Source: an uncultured virus (IMG/VR IMGVR_UViG_3300028422_001054) (lineage: Duplodnaviria; Heunggongvirae; Uroviricota; Caudoviricetes). From it: a stretch of 64,000 bases of DNA. The stretch lies in the IMG/VR virus record IMGVR_UViG_3300028422_001054. One strand, written 5' to 3'. Shown piece after piece: positions 9,371-19,661 of this stretch. Positions within the stretch are counted from its first letter, which is position 1. Every line of letters begins with the position of its first letter. The notes beneath the pieces are model-generated. The model ran no database searches. It was not told the DNA's origin and saw only the letters and a list, made by a program, of their open reading frames with translations. Made by a program: the position numbers and the translations under genes.

Positions 9371-10486
9371 TTGAATCTCATAAAAAAATTTAAATCCGCA
9401 GACCATTGGTTAGATTTATATCTAATGTTTATCAGTATAGGTCTAAACGCCTATTCATTTTTTGGAATAATGACTTTTGAATCAGTATTACCAAAAATCT
9501 TTATAGCTTCCTTTGGAGCATCTTTAGTTCTTTTACAAGTTAATGTTCTTCGTAAATGGAAGGTAACGAAAAAGGGTTCTCTGCTCATAACTTATAGTAT
9601 ATGTACCTTTTTTTCATTATTAAGTACATGTTATCTAATTACGTCCCTTACTTTAGGTAAAACGGTCGAACGAAACTCTACGTTAGATGTTATATCTAGA
9701 CAGATCGATGATTTATTAGCAGATAAGGAACGTTTGATAGTATCAAATGATGCTATCACAACAACAAATAATTTGCTAACTTCCAGTATAAACGACATTA
9801 AAGATGATAAATCTTTTTATGGTGATAATTTCTATACTTTGAAAAAACAAGCTACTGCTCAAATTGCTGATAAAGAGCAAAATATCCTTCTAAACATAGA
9901 AGCTCAAAAAGAAAATAATCTTGAGATTCAGAATATTGCTGCTAAGATTTCTAAGCTACGATCTGACAAAGCCCTATTGGTTTCCTCCGGAGAATCTGAT
10001 GGCTTTGAAAAATTAGCGAATGCCTTAAATATTCCTTATGAAATTCTTCTAGTAGTTTCTTTTTTCTTATTAGCCTCTGTCCTAGAGTTAGGTATTTTTA
10101 TTCTAACTCCTGCTTTAGGGGAGTTTTCAGAGAAGGAAGAACATCGTTTGGTGGAAGACCTTTTAAATAAACTTGAAGTCACAGAACTAGAGTTAAAAGC
10201 TTTAGAGAAAACTTCTACTACAGTACAGCGTCCTACGATTGATAAATATATAGATGCTTTGTTTTCTACAGGAACTAAAAAGTTAGCTAAGAAAGAAGAT
10301 GTTGCTAGAATCACAGGTTATAATGCTAACGTGTGTGATGATTTTCATATAAAACTAACCAATAAGTTTGGCAGTAAGAAAGTTCCTTTTATTCAAACGG
10401 AACGAGGACGAGGAACATTCTCAGTTTATACACGAGAAGAAATTAAAAATGAAATTAGTATAAAACCACAAAAGGTGAGAGCATAG
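9371..10486 (+). CDS. Membrane protein with long coiled coil
   Basis: Three N-terminal hydrophobic helices, coiled coil, fourth TM, basic C-terminus; TTG start with AAGGAG RBS. Confidence 0.7.
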   Translation: MNLIKKFKSADHWLDLYLMFISIGLNAYSFFGIMTFESVLPKIFIASFGASLVLLQVNVLRKWKVTKKGSLLITYSICTFFSLLSTCYLITSLTLGKTVERNSTLDVISRQIDDLLADKERLIVSNDAITTTNNLLTSSINDIKDDKSFYGDNFYTLKKQATAQIADKEQNILLNIEAQKENNLEIQNIAAKISKLRSDKALLVSSGESDGFEKLANALNIPYEILLVVSFFLLASVLELGIFILTPALGEFSEKEEHRLVEDLLNKLEVTELELKALEKTSTTVQRPTIDKYIDALFSTGTKKLAKKEDVARITGYNANVCDDFHIKLTNKFGSKKVPFIQTERGRGTFSVYTREEIKNEISIKPQKVRA

Positions 10487-10495
10487 GAATTTATT

Positions 10496-10786
10496 ATGGA
10501 AGATAGTTTAGTAAGTAACTCTTATAAAATGTTTAATTTAAATGATGTTGTAAAAATAGAAAAATCTTTAGACTCCTTAGGGTCTGATTCTTCATTTTGT
10601 ATTATTCTCTCGACAGAAGGACGAGGATTGATAGAAATGTCTGAAGAAGAGGTTGATTTTGCAGATAAGTATGTTCTTAGGGCCGTTACAGATAAAGAGA
10701 AAAAAAGTTCAGCGTATAAAACTTTCTTAACGGTGACAGGGATGACTCCTTATGAACCGGAATATGGAGTTGCTACGTTATTTTAA
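10496..10786 (+). CDS. Hypothetical protein
   Basis: In-operon ORF with AGGA RBS. Confidence 0.65.
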   Translation: MEDSLVSNSYKMFNLNDVVKIEKSLDSLGSDSSFCIILSTEGRGLIEMSEEEVDFADKYVLRAVTDKEKKSSAYKTFLTVTGMTPYEPEYGVATLF

Positions 10787-10813
10787 ATATGCTATATTTA
10801 GTTAGGAGCTGGA

Positions 10814-13072
10814 ATGAAAATAAAAGAAATATACTTTAAAGGGTTTAGAGTATTTAAGGATGAGGTTTTGCTTACTTTCGATTCAGAGTATATTCTGTTT
10901 CTCGGTGGAAACGGGAATGGTAAGAGTTCGGTTGTAAAGTATATAGATTTAAATCTTTTAAACCATATATCGGAATCAGATCTTTCAAGAGACCATTTAA
11001 TCCATAGGTCTTCTGATAGGTGTGATTCTTATTTAATTTTTGAACATAGAGGTGGATTATTCAAATCTTCGCTTTCTTTAATAAGAGAAGGTAAGTCTGC
11101 CCAGACTTCACGAGAATTGGTAAATCTTTCAACAAATGAATCTTTAGGAACTGAAACTTCTCAAGTAGTCGATATTTTGGCTAAAATGTTTGATCCAGTA
11201 ATATCTCGTCATGCTATTGCTCTTAGGCAAAACAGTAAAGAGATTATTACAAGTAAACCTGCGGATCGTTTTAATATTTTTAAGAAAGTGCTGGATGTTA
11301 CTTTTGTAGAAGCGATACAGATCGTAGAGAGAGAAATTAAGAAGTTAAATGAAGAAATATCTTCTATAAGAGGAAAGCTTTTAGCTTATAAAGAGCGAGA
11401 TTATTCGCCTTTACCTATACCGGAAACAAATTTATCTGAAAAAGCCTATAACTCTTTAGTTGAAGAAGTGACGCTTCTTCGGGAAAAGAAAACGCTTCTT
11501 TCTGAAATAAAGAAGTCTTATGATTCTTTAAAAACTGATATTGATACTATTTCTGATAGAATAAGTTTAACTGATGCATCGATTTCCAGAAAAACTCGTC
11601 TTTTAGATTTTGCGAAGTCTGAGATTCTATCAGAGAGTGCTATTATAGCTTTACCTACGATTGTAGAGATTTCTAATAACGTATTAAATCTGGAAAAAAG
11701 CTTACAAGCTCTTTCTAAAGATACTTATTTAGAAAGAGCTAAAAGCAAACTTGTTTTAGAGAGAAAAGCAATTGAAGATTTACTTCTGGCTAATGAGAAG
11801 TCTTTGGAATTGTATCCCAGGAAAAGAGCTTTATCAGATAAGACTGATGAGTTTTCTGATAAAATACAGGACTTAAAAGATATTCTATCTAAGTACCTTT
11901 CAGAAATATGTCACTTAGATGAGAGAATAGCTTTTATGAAAAAAGGTGTATGCTCTGAATGTGGTTCGCACATAGATTCGTCCGATCTTCCGAAGCTTAT
12001 GTTAGAAAAGGATTTGAAAATATCTGCTAAAATAGATACAGAGAATTTAATCAACATAGAAAAAGATGCTTTGCTAAAGCATAAAGAGGATCTTGCTAAC
12101 GAGAGAGCCTATCTTCTTTCTCGTGAAACGCTTCTTAATAAGAATACTTCTTTAAAAGAGTCTTTAGAATCTTTATCTAAGCAGGAAGCAACTCTACTAG
12201 AAGGAGCTTTAGCAGAATTTAATTCAGATAAAGTTCTTCTGGAGTCTAAGATTGAATCTGAAAAATTAGCTCTATCTACGGCTATATCTAATGCTCAGAC
12301 CTTATCTGATAATAAGAAAAAAGAGGTAACTAATTTATTAGAAGATATAGCTTCTTTGGAACAGGATAAGACTGCTTATACAGAAGATTTAGATAAGAAG
12401 AATAGATCTCTTTCTGAGATAAGCCTTCCGGATTTAAGTCAAATAGATATTGACCTTATTAGTAAGGATACCTCAATTACAAAGTATGAAGAAGAACTGA
12501 AGAATAGAGATACTACTATAAGTAATAATGCTCTTTTAGAAGCTCAAGAAAAATCTGATAAAGAGAAAGTACAGACCTTAAATAAAGAGTTAGATATTCT
12601 TGATGCTAAATTAGCTATGAGGGTTACTGCAAAAAAAGTACTAGAAAAAGATTTACCTTCTTATATAATTTCTGAAACAGTTCAGAATATTACTTCATCA
12701 ATAAACTCTTTTATAGAAGATGTCTATACAAAACCTTTAAATATTAGTTTAAGGCCTACGGCAACTTCTCTAAAAATGGAGGCTGATGGATTACCAGTAT
12801 CTTCTGTTTCTGGGGCAGAAGAGGTAATTACTTGCTTAGGATTTGTAGATGCTATTAGAGAGTTTACGGATTTAGACCAAGATACTATTATCCTAGATGA
12901 ATCGGATGCTGCTCTCGATGATGAAAATGCTGTTTCTTTGTTTGAAGCAATTGATAACCTGGATTATGAACAAGTTATTATTGTTACGCATAGTTCTAGT
13001 ATGAAAGAGTATTTTTTGAATAGAGGTGCTAAAGGGTATTTATTTAAAGATGGAAATGTGGAGGAAATATGA
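10814..13072 (+). CDS. SbcC/Rad50 (gp46-like) recombination ATPase
   Basis: Walker A GGNGNGKS, coiled coils, zinc hook CSEC, signature SGAE, Walker B IILDE, VTH. Confidence 0.92.
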   Translation: MKIKEIYFKGFRVFKDEVLLTFDSEYILFLGGNGNGKSSVVKYIDLNLLNHISESDLSRDHLIHRSSDRCDSYLIFEHRGGLFKSSLSLIREGKSAQTSRELVNLSTNESLGTETSQVVDILAKMFDPVISRHAIALRQNSKEIITSKPADRFNIFKKVLDVTFVEAIQIVEREIKKLNEEISSIRGKLLAYKERDYSPLPIPETNLSEKAYNSLVEEVTLLREKKTLLSEIKKSYDSLKTDIDTISDRISLTDASISRKTRLLDFAKSEILSESAIIALPTIVEISNNVLNLEKSLQALSKDTYLERAKSKLVLERKAIEDLLLANEKSLELYPRKRALSDKTDEFSDKIQDLKDILSKYLSEICHLDERIAFMKKGVCSECGSHIDSSDLPKLMLEKDLKISAKIDTENLINIEKDALLKHKEDLANERAYLLSRETLLNKNTSLKESLESLSKQEATLLEGALAEFNSDKVLLESKIESEKLALSTAISNAQTLSDNKKKEVTNLLEDIASLEQDKTAYTEDLDKKNRSLSEISLPDLSQIDIDLISKDTSITKYEEELKNRDTTISNNALLEAQEKSDKEKVQTLNKELDILDAKLAMRVTAKKVLEKDLPSYIISETVQNITSSINSFIEDVYTKPLNISLRPTATSLKMEADGLPVSSVSGAEEVITCLGFVDAIREFTDLDQDTIILDESDAALDDENAVSLFEAIDNLDYEQVIIVTHSSSMKEYFLNRGAKGYLFKDGNVEEI

Positions 13073-14034
13073 AATTAGTAAAAATTGGTGATATTCACAG
13101 TATGTTAAAAGCTACTCATTTTAAATCTACTCAAGCATTTTTTGCTTATTTACTTACTAGTGATTTAAATAATAATCAAACGACCTTATTATTTTTAGGG
13201 GATATAGTTCATTATGCCAATTCTGAGCCGTCTGTAGTAGCTCTTTGGATAAAATTTTGTAATGATTTCTTAGGGGAAATTGTTATTTTAGGTGGTAATC
13301 ATGATGACAGTGCTTTAAACAAGCAAAACTTTTTAGATATCTTCGAGGGGTGTCCTAATGTAACTGCTGTTCAAGAACCATGTGAGATGATGTTTGGGTC
13401 TTTGAAAACGTTAATGCTACCTTTTTACAGGCATACGAGATTAAAGCATCTTCCTCCTATGGAAGATTTGTATCCTTCTAAAACAGGGGAATATGATTAT
13501 ATCTATTTACACATGGAGACTAAACCTACTTTTTCTAAAGGAATTACTCTTCATGAGGATCTAAAAGGTACTATTCGATCAGGTCATATTCATACAGGCT
13601 CTGAGAACGGGTGTTACTTACCTTCTGTGAACCCTACATCTACTACAGAAAAAGATGTTAAAACGTATATAGAAATTGTTGATTGTGAGACAAAAGATGT
13701 TGAAAAACGTTATATTCCTAGGTTTCTAAACTATGTAACTTTTAATTATCTAGATGATATTGTTATTCCTAACGATGGGTTATATTACTTAATAGATATT
13801 TATCATGCTCCTGGAAGGAAAGATGCTGAAGAATACTATAAAGATGTTTTAGATCAAGAAAATGTTTTTTTGCATAAGGTTTATAAAAAAGAGTTTATCT
13901 TAGACCGTCAGGCTAATTTATTTACTAGTACAAAGGTTCAGCTTAAAACTCATAAAGAGTTCTTACTTGAATTAGCAAGTACTAAAAAGTTTAATAATGA
14001 TTTAACATCTTATCTAGAAAGTTTAATTGCATAA
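13069..14034 (+). CDS. SbcD/Mre11 (gp47-like) nuclease
   Basis: GDIH, LGDI, GNHD, SGHIH; coupled to the SbcC-like gene. Confidence 0.9.
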   Translation: MKLVKIGDIHSMLKATHFKSTQAFFAYLLTSDLNNNQTTLLFLGDIVHYANSEPSVVALWIKFCNDFLGEIVILGGNHDDSALNKQNFLDIFEGCPNVTAVQEPCEMMFGSLKTLMLPFYRHTRLKHLPPMEDLYPSKTGEYDYIYLHMETKPTFSKGITLHEDLKGTIRSGHIHTGSENGCYLPSVNPTSTTEKDVKTYIEIVDCETKDVEKRYIPRFLNYVTFNYLDDIVIPNDGLYYLIDIYHAPGRKDAEEYYKDVLDQENVFLHKVYKKEFILDRQANLFTSTKVQLKTHKEFLLELASTKKFNNDLTSYLESLIA

Positions 14035-14076
14035 ATAAAAAATCTCGTTTCAGTAACTATAAGATTAGGAGTTATA

Positions 14077-14322
14077 ATGAAACGAGATTACACTTACTTT
14101 TGCCCTAAGTGCGACAAAATACAAATATTCAAATGGTCCTCAGAAGAGTTCGACCAGAACAAAGATTCTATATCTTGCTCAAAGTGTTCAACAGCAATGC
14201 TAATAGACTTATCTCCTCGCAAAATTAAAGATAACGTTACTATAGGAAATAGGACATGCCTTACTCCAGGATTAAATTATTCAAGAGCTTTTAATGGTAG
14301 AGATGGTAGGTCTTATTTTTAG
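14077..14322 (+). CDS. Zinc-ribbon protein, FmdB-like
   Basis: Y.Y.CPKC...CSKC. Confidence 0.6.
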   Translation: MKRDYTYFCPKCDKIQIFKWSSEEFDQNKDSISCSKCSTAMLIDLSPRKIKDNVTIGNRTCLTPGLNYSRAFNGRDGRSYF

Positions 14323-15026
14323 TGTACGACCAGTTTAACGATAAAATAACTTTAAGAGTTCTTTTAGGAATGACATATCACGATAAAGAATACTCCACAA
14401 GGTTTTTTAATGCTGAGAGAGATTGTAAGGTCTTTGCTAAAGATTTAATTATTAAAGAAGTTTCATCATATTCTAGGTATAACGTTCCTATAAAAACTTA
14501 TGAGGTTATATCAAAGTCTTACCCTAATTACCCTCCTTATACGAAGAAGCTTGGTGAAACGCAAAATAAGATTCAACATAGTTATCCAGTCATGATGTCT
14601 TTCTTTTTACCTAAAGGTAGTCCTCAGAGAGTTTCTTTAAACTCTCCTGTTAAAATTAGAACAGGAAGAGGTGGTAAAGTACCTACTCGAACAAAAAGAC
14701 TTGATAAGCTTATTAAGTCTAAAGATAATCCAAACGGCAAGTATATTAGTTGGAGCGATTATGTTGCTCAAGAATATGAGATTAACCTTGATTTTTATTA
14801 TAGGAATTCATTATTACGTTCTACGAGAAAATGTCTGTTTGGTAAAAATTATGCTACGAAAGAGATTTCCAAGAATAAACCCAAAAAAAAGTCTAACAGA
14901 GATGAGGCTGTTAAAAAAAGACAACGACGAAAGCTATTTCTTACAAAGCATGAGATAGCTGTTATTACACATCTTTTAAATATTGGGTTTTTTGGTAAAG
15001 ATAAAACTATTTATACACCTTATTAG
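14322..15026 (+). CDS. Basic hypothetical protein
   Basis: 234-aa K/R-rich ORF overlapping the upstream stop. Confidence 0.65.
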   Translation: MYDQFNDKITLRVLLGMTYHDKEYSTRFFNAERDCKVFAKDLIIKEVSSYSRYNVPIKTYEVISKSYPNYPPYTKKLGETQNKIQHSYPVMMSFFLPKGSPQRVSLNSPVKIRTGRGGKVPTRTKRLDKLIKSKDNPNGKYISWSDYVAQEYEINLDFYYRNSLLRSTRKCLFGKNYATKEISKNKPKKKSNRDEAVKKRQRRKLFLTKHEIAVITHLLNIGFFGKDKTIYTPY

Positions 15027-15036
15027 AGGAGATTAA

Positions 15037-15279
15037 ATGTCAGATTTTGATATAATAAAAGAGAGTAGAGTTCATTTAAATGACGAGATCTACGGAATTA
15101 TTAACAAGGATACTATAACTTTTGTTCATGAGGATACTACAACGTATCCTATCCCGTTAACACTTAAATATGAGGTATTGGTCCCAGGTAAATTATATGA
15201 CTACGAAATTACTCAAGAAGACTTAGATTGGTTGAATAATCTTGTAAAAGAACTAGACGTTAATTCCATTTTAATATAG
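15037..15279 (+). CDS. Hypothetical protein
   Basis: GAGGAG RBS. Confidence 0.6.
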   Translation: MSDFDIIKESRVHLNDEIYGIINKDTITFVHEDTTTYPIPLTLKYEVLVPGKLYDYEITQEDLDWLNNLVKELDVNSILI

Positions 15280-15300
15280 CATAATCTCAAAGGAGATTAT

Positions 15301-16464
15301 ATGAATTTATTAAAAGACTTTTCACCTAAGACTTTCGATGATTTGGTGGGACAGCCCACCGCAGTTAAACTTTTTAAAAAATGGTCTAAAGATTTAGAAG
15401 AATTACCTAAAACTTTAGCATTGCTTGGAAAAAGTGGAGTAGGTAAAACGTCCTCTATTAAAATATTGGCAGCACTACTTACTTGTAATTCTTTGGTAGA
15501 GAAAGAGGGGTATAGGGAACCCTGTGGGGAATGTCCTGCATGTAAAAATGCTTTTGAAAGACAATGGAATCCGATTAGAAACGTTCATTTCTACTCCGGT
15601 AAAGCTGAAAATGCTGACCTGATAGAAGAGATTAGAAGCTACTTACCTTATGCTCCGCAAGGAACTCCTTATAGGGTTGTAATTTTAGATGAGATTCAAG
15701 ATGCTACACCAATTTTTAAAAATGCTCTATTAGCTTTATTAGAAGAAGAACATCCTACAACAAAGTTTATTATTTCGTCTATGGATGAGGATGCTCTTTT
15801 ATTGACAGGTAAAAATATAAAAAACCCGAAAGCTTTAATGAATAGATGTAGGATTTTAAAGTTTATTCGAGTTAAAGATGTGGATATTACAAATCATCTC
15901 TATAAGATTTTAGATAAGATTGATCCTAATGAGACTTTCCCCGAGACTCTATGTACTGAAGTTATGCCTCGGATAATTCATAGTGCTGAAGGTTCTATTA
16001 GAGAAGCCATAGAATCGTTGGAAACCTGTATAGATGCAGAAGCTTTTACAGATAATCTAGCGGACCAAGTATTACTAAATGTCTCTGAGAGAGCTGTTGA
16101 TGATGTTTTAAAATCACTTTTAAATAAATCTCCTGATGTTTTTTCAAAACTTTCCGAGTTAGATAATTTAGGAGAGCTTTTTAGATTAGCAAATGCTAAG
16201 ATAATAAACGGTTTAGTTAAGTATGTAGAAGGTACCTTAGATGCCGGAGATTTTTATTCTGAAAAATGTAAAGAAGTGTTCAACCATCCTAACTATAATA
16301 CTCTAAGAAGTGCATTTTCAAAAGTTCATTTAGCTATGGGGTCCTATTGGCGAGATGATATTTTTAAGACAATCCTCTGCGATTATATTTTAGATCCTAC
16401 AAATACTCCTGTAGTTGAGAAAGTTTCTCTAGAAGAAAAACCTATAGTTTCAAGGCGTAGATAA
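15301..16464 (+). CDS. dnaX: DNA polymerase III gamma/tau-like clamp loader ATPase
   Basis: P.TF.DLVGQ, Walker A GKSGVGKT, Zn site C...PCGECPAC, ILDE, LL..LEE, NRC, GSIR.A. Confidence 0.85.
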   Translation: MNLLKDFSPKTFDDLVGQPTAVKLFKKWSKDLEELPKTLALLGKSGVGKTSSIKILAALLTCNSLVEKEGYREPCGECPACKNAFERQWNPIRNVHFYSGKAENADLIEEIRSYLPYAPQGTPYRVVILDEIQDATPIFKNALLALLEEEHPTTKFIISSMDEDALLLTGKNIKNPKALMNRCRILKFIRVKDVDITNHLYKILDKIDPNETFPETLCTEVMPRIIHSAEGSIREAIESLETCIDAEAFTDNLADQVLLNVSERAVDDVLKSLLNKSPDVFSKLSELDNLGELFRLANAKIINGLVKYVEGTLDAGDFYSEKCKEVFNHPNYNTLRSAFSKVHLAMGSYWRDDIFKTILCDYILDPTNTPVVEKVSLEEKPIVSRRR

Positions 16465-17468
16465 TGCTAGAGCTTATAGAGGTTGCAGATTTCTTACATT
16501 TGACAGGAACTCCTGCTGTTTCTAAAGGGGATGACTTTTTAATAGAATGTCCTTGGCATACAGGAAAAACTAAGCTAAGAATTGATAAAAACACAGGGAT
16601 TTGTAACTGCTTCTCTTGTAAAGCTCATGGCAATCTCTGGACGCTTAGTATTAAATTAACTGGTAAAAATCTATATGACCTTCTTGGGATTTCTCCTGAA
16701 AAACGAAAATCTTTATCTTTTGTTGGTACATTAAACAATGTTACTAGGAAAGAGAAAGAGGAGGTTAGAATAGATGATATTATTATCAAAGGTCAATCCC
16801 TTGATATTTTTTCTTCTAGTACTCCTGAGTATGTTAAAACATCTGCCAAAAATCTTTATTTATCAAAAGAGTATTGTGATTACTACGGTGTTAGATATTC
16901 TCTAAATATGGAGGTTAGGGGTGTTAACGTTGCTCCAGAAAAAGCAACCATGTATAGTAATAGATTTTTATGGAGCATTTACTATGGTGATAAGTTAATA
17001 AATATTGATGGACGAACTATTATAGGGGAGGACCCTAAAGTAATTTACTGTAAAGGTGGTAAGCTTGATACTCTTTTCGACATAAATCGTTTGGATCCTA
17101 CTAAACCTCTTATTGTTTGCGAGGGGATTAAAGATACTATAAAATTATGGCATTTAGGATATCGAAATATAACTGCTATACTAGGAGCCTCTATTACAGA
17201 GGGCCAGTTAAGACAGCTTAGGATGTTTAAAGAGATCATATATTTAACAGATAACGATAGAGCTGGTTTAGAAGCTGCTGATTATCTTTACGAAAACTTG
17301 AATATCGAGATGAAGTTAGGATTACCTCCGGAAGGTAAAGATCCTTTCAAATGTTCTTTTGAAGAGAATAAATCTTTGGTAGAAAATGCCATAGATTATA
17401 CAGATTATGACTTAAGCGTAATAAAGGACCATTGTAAGAATAAAGCTAATACTCTATGGTTTAAATAG
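16464..17468 (+). CDS. DNA primase (CHC2 zinc finger plus TOPRIM)
   Basis: CPWH...CFSC..HG; VCEGIKD; TDNDRAG; KDP. Confidence 0.9.
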   Translation: MLELIEVADFLHLTGTPAVSKGDDFLIECPWHTGKTKLRIDKNTGICNCFSCKAHGNLWTLSIKLTGKNLYDLLGISPEKRKSLSFVGTLNNVTRKEKEEVRIDDIIIKGQSLDIFSSSTPEYVKTSAKNLYLSKEYCDYYGVRYSLNMEVRGVNVAPEKATMYSNRFLWSIYYGDKLINIDGRTIIGEDPKVIYCKGGKLDTLFDINRLDPTKPLIVCEGIKDTIKLWHLGYRNITAILGASITEGQLRQLRMFKEIIYLTDNDRAGLEAADYLYENLNIEMKLGLPPEGKDPFKCSFEENKSLVENAIDYTDYDLSVIKDHCKNKANTLWFK

Positions 17469-17485
17469 ATTTTAACTATTATGAT

Positions 17486-17893
17486 ATGATATTATCTAAC
17501 GCTACCTATACGGATATCCCTCTAGATGGGAGCTTTACAGCTCAAGGGGATATCGCTTTATTATATAACGGTGATGCCATTTCCAATTCTTTGCAAGCTT
17601 TCCTTACAGGGGCTTATCCTGATCTTTTCGATTTATCTAAAAAAGGTATTCTTAGAAAGTTTGTAAATAAGCCTCTTAATGCTAACACAGCACAAGATAT
17701 ACAGGTATCTGTAAAATCTGCAATTGAGGGAGGGTTTACACCTAAATTAGTGGTTCAAACTCTTATAGCTACTCCTGATTATGTGGAGAATGAGTGGATT
17801 ATTTCTATAATTGCTTACACTACTGATACATACACACCGGTTACACTAAATCAAAGAATAGTAGCAATCTCAAAAGGAGCTTTTAATGGCTAA
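17486..17893 (+). CDS. Baseplate wedge subunit, gp25-like
   Basis: 135 aa, D.....GDI......AI..SL pattern, directly upstream of the gp6-like gene. Confidence 0.65.
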   Translation: MILSNATYTDIPLDGSFTAQGDIALLYNGDAISNSLQAFLTGAYPDLFDLSKKGILRKFVNKPLNANTAQDIQVSVKSAIEGGFTPKLVVQTLIATPDYVENEWIISIIAYTTDTYTPVTLNQRIVAISKGAFNG

Positions 17894-19661
17894 TCAAATA
17901 GATTTTTCAAAAGAAGCCTCGTTAGCAAGGCTTTTAAATAATCTTCAAGAAGAACCTTTGTTTAAAAAGGTATCAGATAGCTCTGTTGCTGCATCTTTTC
18001 TAAAGGCGATAGCTAAGGAAAATGAACTTAATGTACAGGGAATAGTAATTGCTGGACAAGAGGCATCTTGGTCTTCTGCATCAAATGTAACCTCTCTTTT
18101 AGCAAAAGCAGAGGTATTATCTTACGTTCCTCATAGAAAAGTAGGTTCTATAGGGAGGCTACTTTTATCTACAGGAGAAAACTTCGATCAAGCAAATATC
18201 TATCCATATCCCATAGATATCCCGTTTGGAACTTTGTTTTCATCCTCAAACTTAAAGTTTACGAATACAGAAAGTTATGTTATTCCAGCTAATCATGAGG
18301 CTACTAACAGTCCTTTTGAGATTCCTATTGTTCAGGGATATCCTCAAGTAGTCAACTATGTATCTCCGGTAACAGAAGATTATGCGACTATAAGCATTAA
18401 AGGAAACTCTATAGAAGACCGGAATATTTTTGTTACTGTAAATGGGGTTCCATGGACTAAGGTTAATTCTTTAAGAGATTCTATAGCAGAAGCGGATACG
18501 ATTTTTACAGTAAGTACTTTACCTAATGAGCTAGGGATTGATATCAATTTTGGTAATGAAGTATATGGTAAACGATTGAATTTAAATGATGAAGTTCGCA
18601 TTACTTATCTTATAACGGAAGGTGTTCAAGGAAATATCTTATCATCAGATATAATTACAAATGTAGATGACATTATTTATGATTCACAAGGAAATGAAGT
18701 TTCCCTGATTTGTACCAACTCTGGGGCTATCACAGGTGGAAAAGATTATGAAGATAAAGAATCTATTAGAAGAAATGCCCCATCTTTTCAACAAACAAAA
18801 AACTCTTTAACAAGTAAACCTGACTATGAGAATTTCCTAAACTCCGAAGAGTTCCCTTATTTAGATAAAGTTGTTGTATGGGGAGCTTCTGAGATCAATG
18901 AAGATAATAATAACGCTCCTGGAACGTATATTTCTATAGAGGCAAACAATATTTATATTGCTGGAATTTCGTTCACAGGTCAGCAAGCTACGGAATATGA
19001 AACAATATTAAGGACTCTATTGGAACCAAAAAAAGGACCAACAGTTCTTATTAAAATTGTTGAAATAAACGTAATTTATGTAGTATTCCATGTAGAGGCA
19101 TTTATTAGAGATGGGTCGTATACTTTAAAAACCGTAAAAGACAACATAACTGCAATATTACAAGACACCTATTCTTTAAAAAAGATGGATTTTAGAGAGG
19201 ATATAAATAACTCACAGTTCGTAGCTGCGATAAACTCGGCAAACGGCTTACATCATCATATAACTACTCTTACTTATTTTATAGAAAATACTCTTAAAGG
19301 TCTCACAACTCCAATAGCAATCTATATGGAAAGTTTAACTCCTTTATCTGTTAATCTCTATTTTAAGCATTCCTCCGACTTATCATATAGCTTAGTTGCT
19401 GTAACTTCTACAAGCACACAGTATGTAGAAAATATAGTTGGGGTTGATGACTATACTGGATTAATTTCGGGTAGCATCGATCTTAGATTTGGGGTAGGTT
19501 CTTTTTCAATTTTAGAGGGGAGTTTACCATATTCTTTAGAAGAGTATTCATATAGACTAGACTTTGGTACAGAATCGACAGATGCCTTACTAATGAAACG
19601 TAATCAAATACTTACTTTTGGCGAAGCTATTATAGACGCTAAATACGATGAGGTGTACTAA
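17886..19661 (+). CDS. Baseplate wedge subunit, T4 gp6/J-like
   Basis: A..LSY.P.RK, I.FGN..YGK, ITY..T.G..GN, GG.D.E..ESIR.NAP, T..DY. Confidence 0.85.
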   Translation: MANQIDFSKEASLARLLNNLQEEPLFKKVSDSSVAASFLKAIAKENELNVQGIVIAGQEASWSSASNVTSLLAKAEVLSYVPHRKVGSIGRLLLSTGENFDQANIYPYPIDIPFGTLFSSSNLKFTNTESYVIPANHEATNSPFEIPIVQGYPQVVNYVSPVTEDYATISIKGNSIEDRNIFVTVNGVPWTKVNSLRDSIAEADTIFTVSTLPNELGIDINFGNEVYGKRLNLNDEVRITYLITEGVQGNILSSDIITNVDDIIYDSQGNEVSLICTNSGAITGGKDYEDKESIRRNAPSFQQTKNSLTSKPDYENFLNSEEFPYLDKVVVWGASEINEDNNNAPGTYISIEANNIYIAGISFTGQQATEYETILRTLLEPKKGPTVLIKIVEINVIYVVFHVEAFIRDGSYTLKTVKDNITAILQDTYSLKKMDFREDINNSQFVAAINSANGLHHHITTLTYFIENTLKGLTTPIAIYMESLTPLSVNLYFKHSSDLSYSLVAVTSTSTQYVENIVGVDDYTGLISGSIDLRFGVGSFSILEGSLPYSLEEYSYRLDFGTESTDALLMKRNQILTFGEAIIDAKYDEVY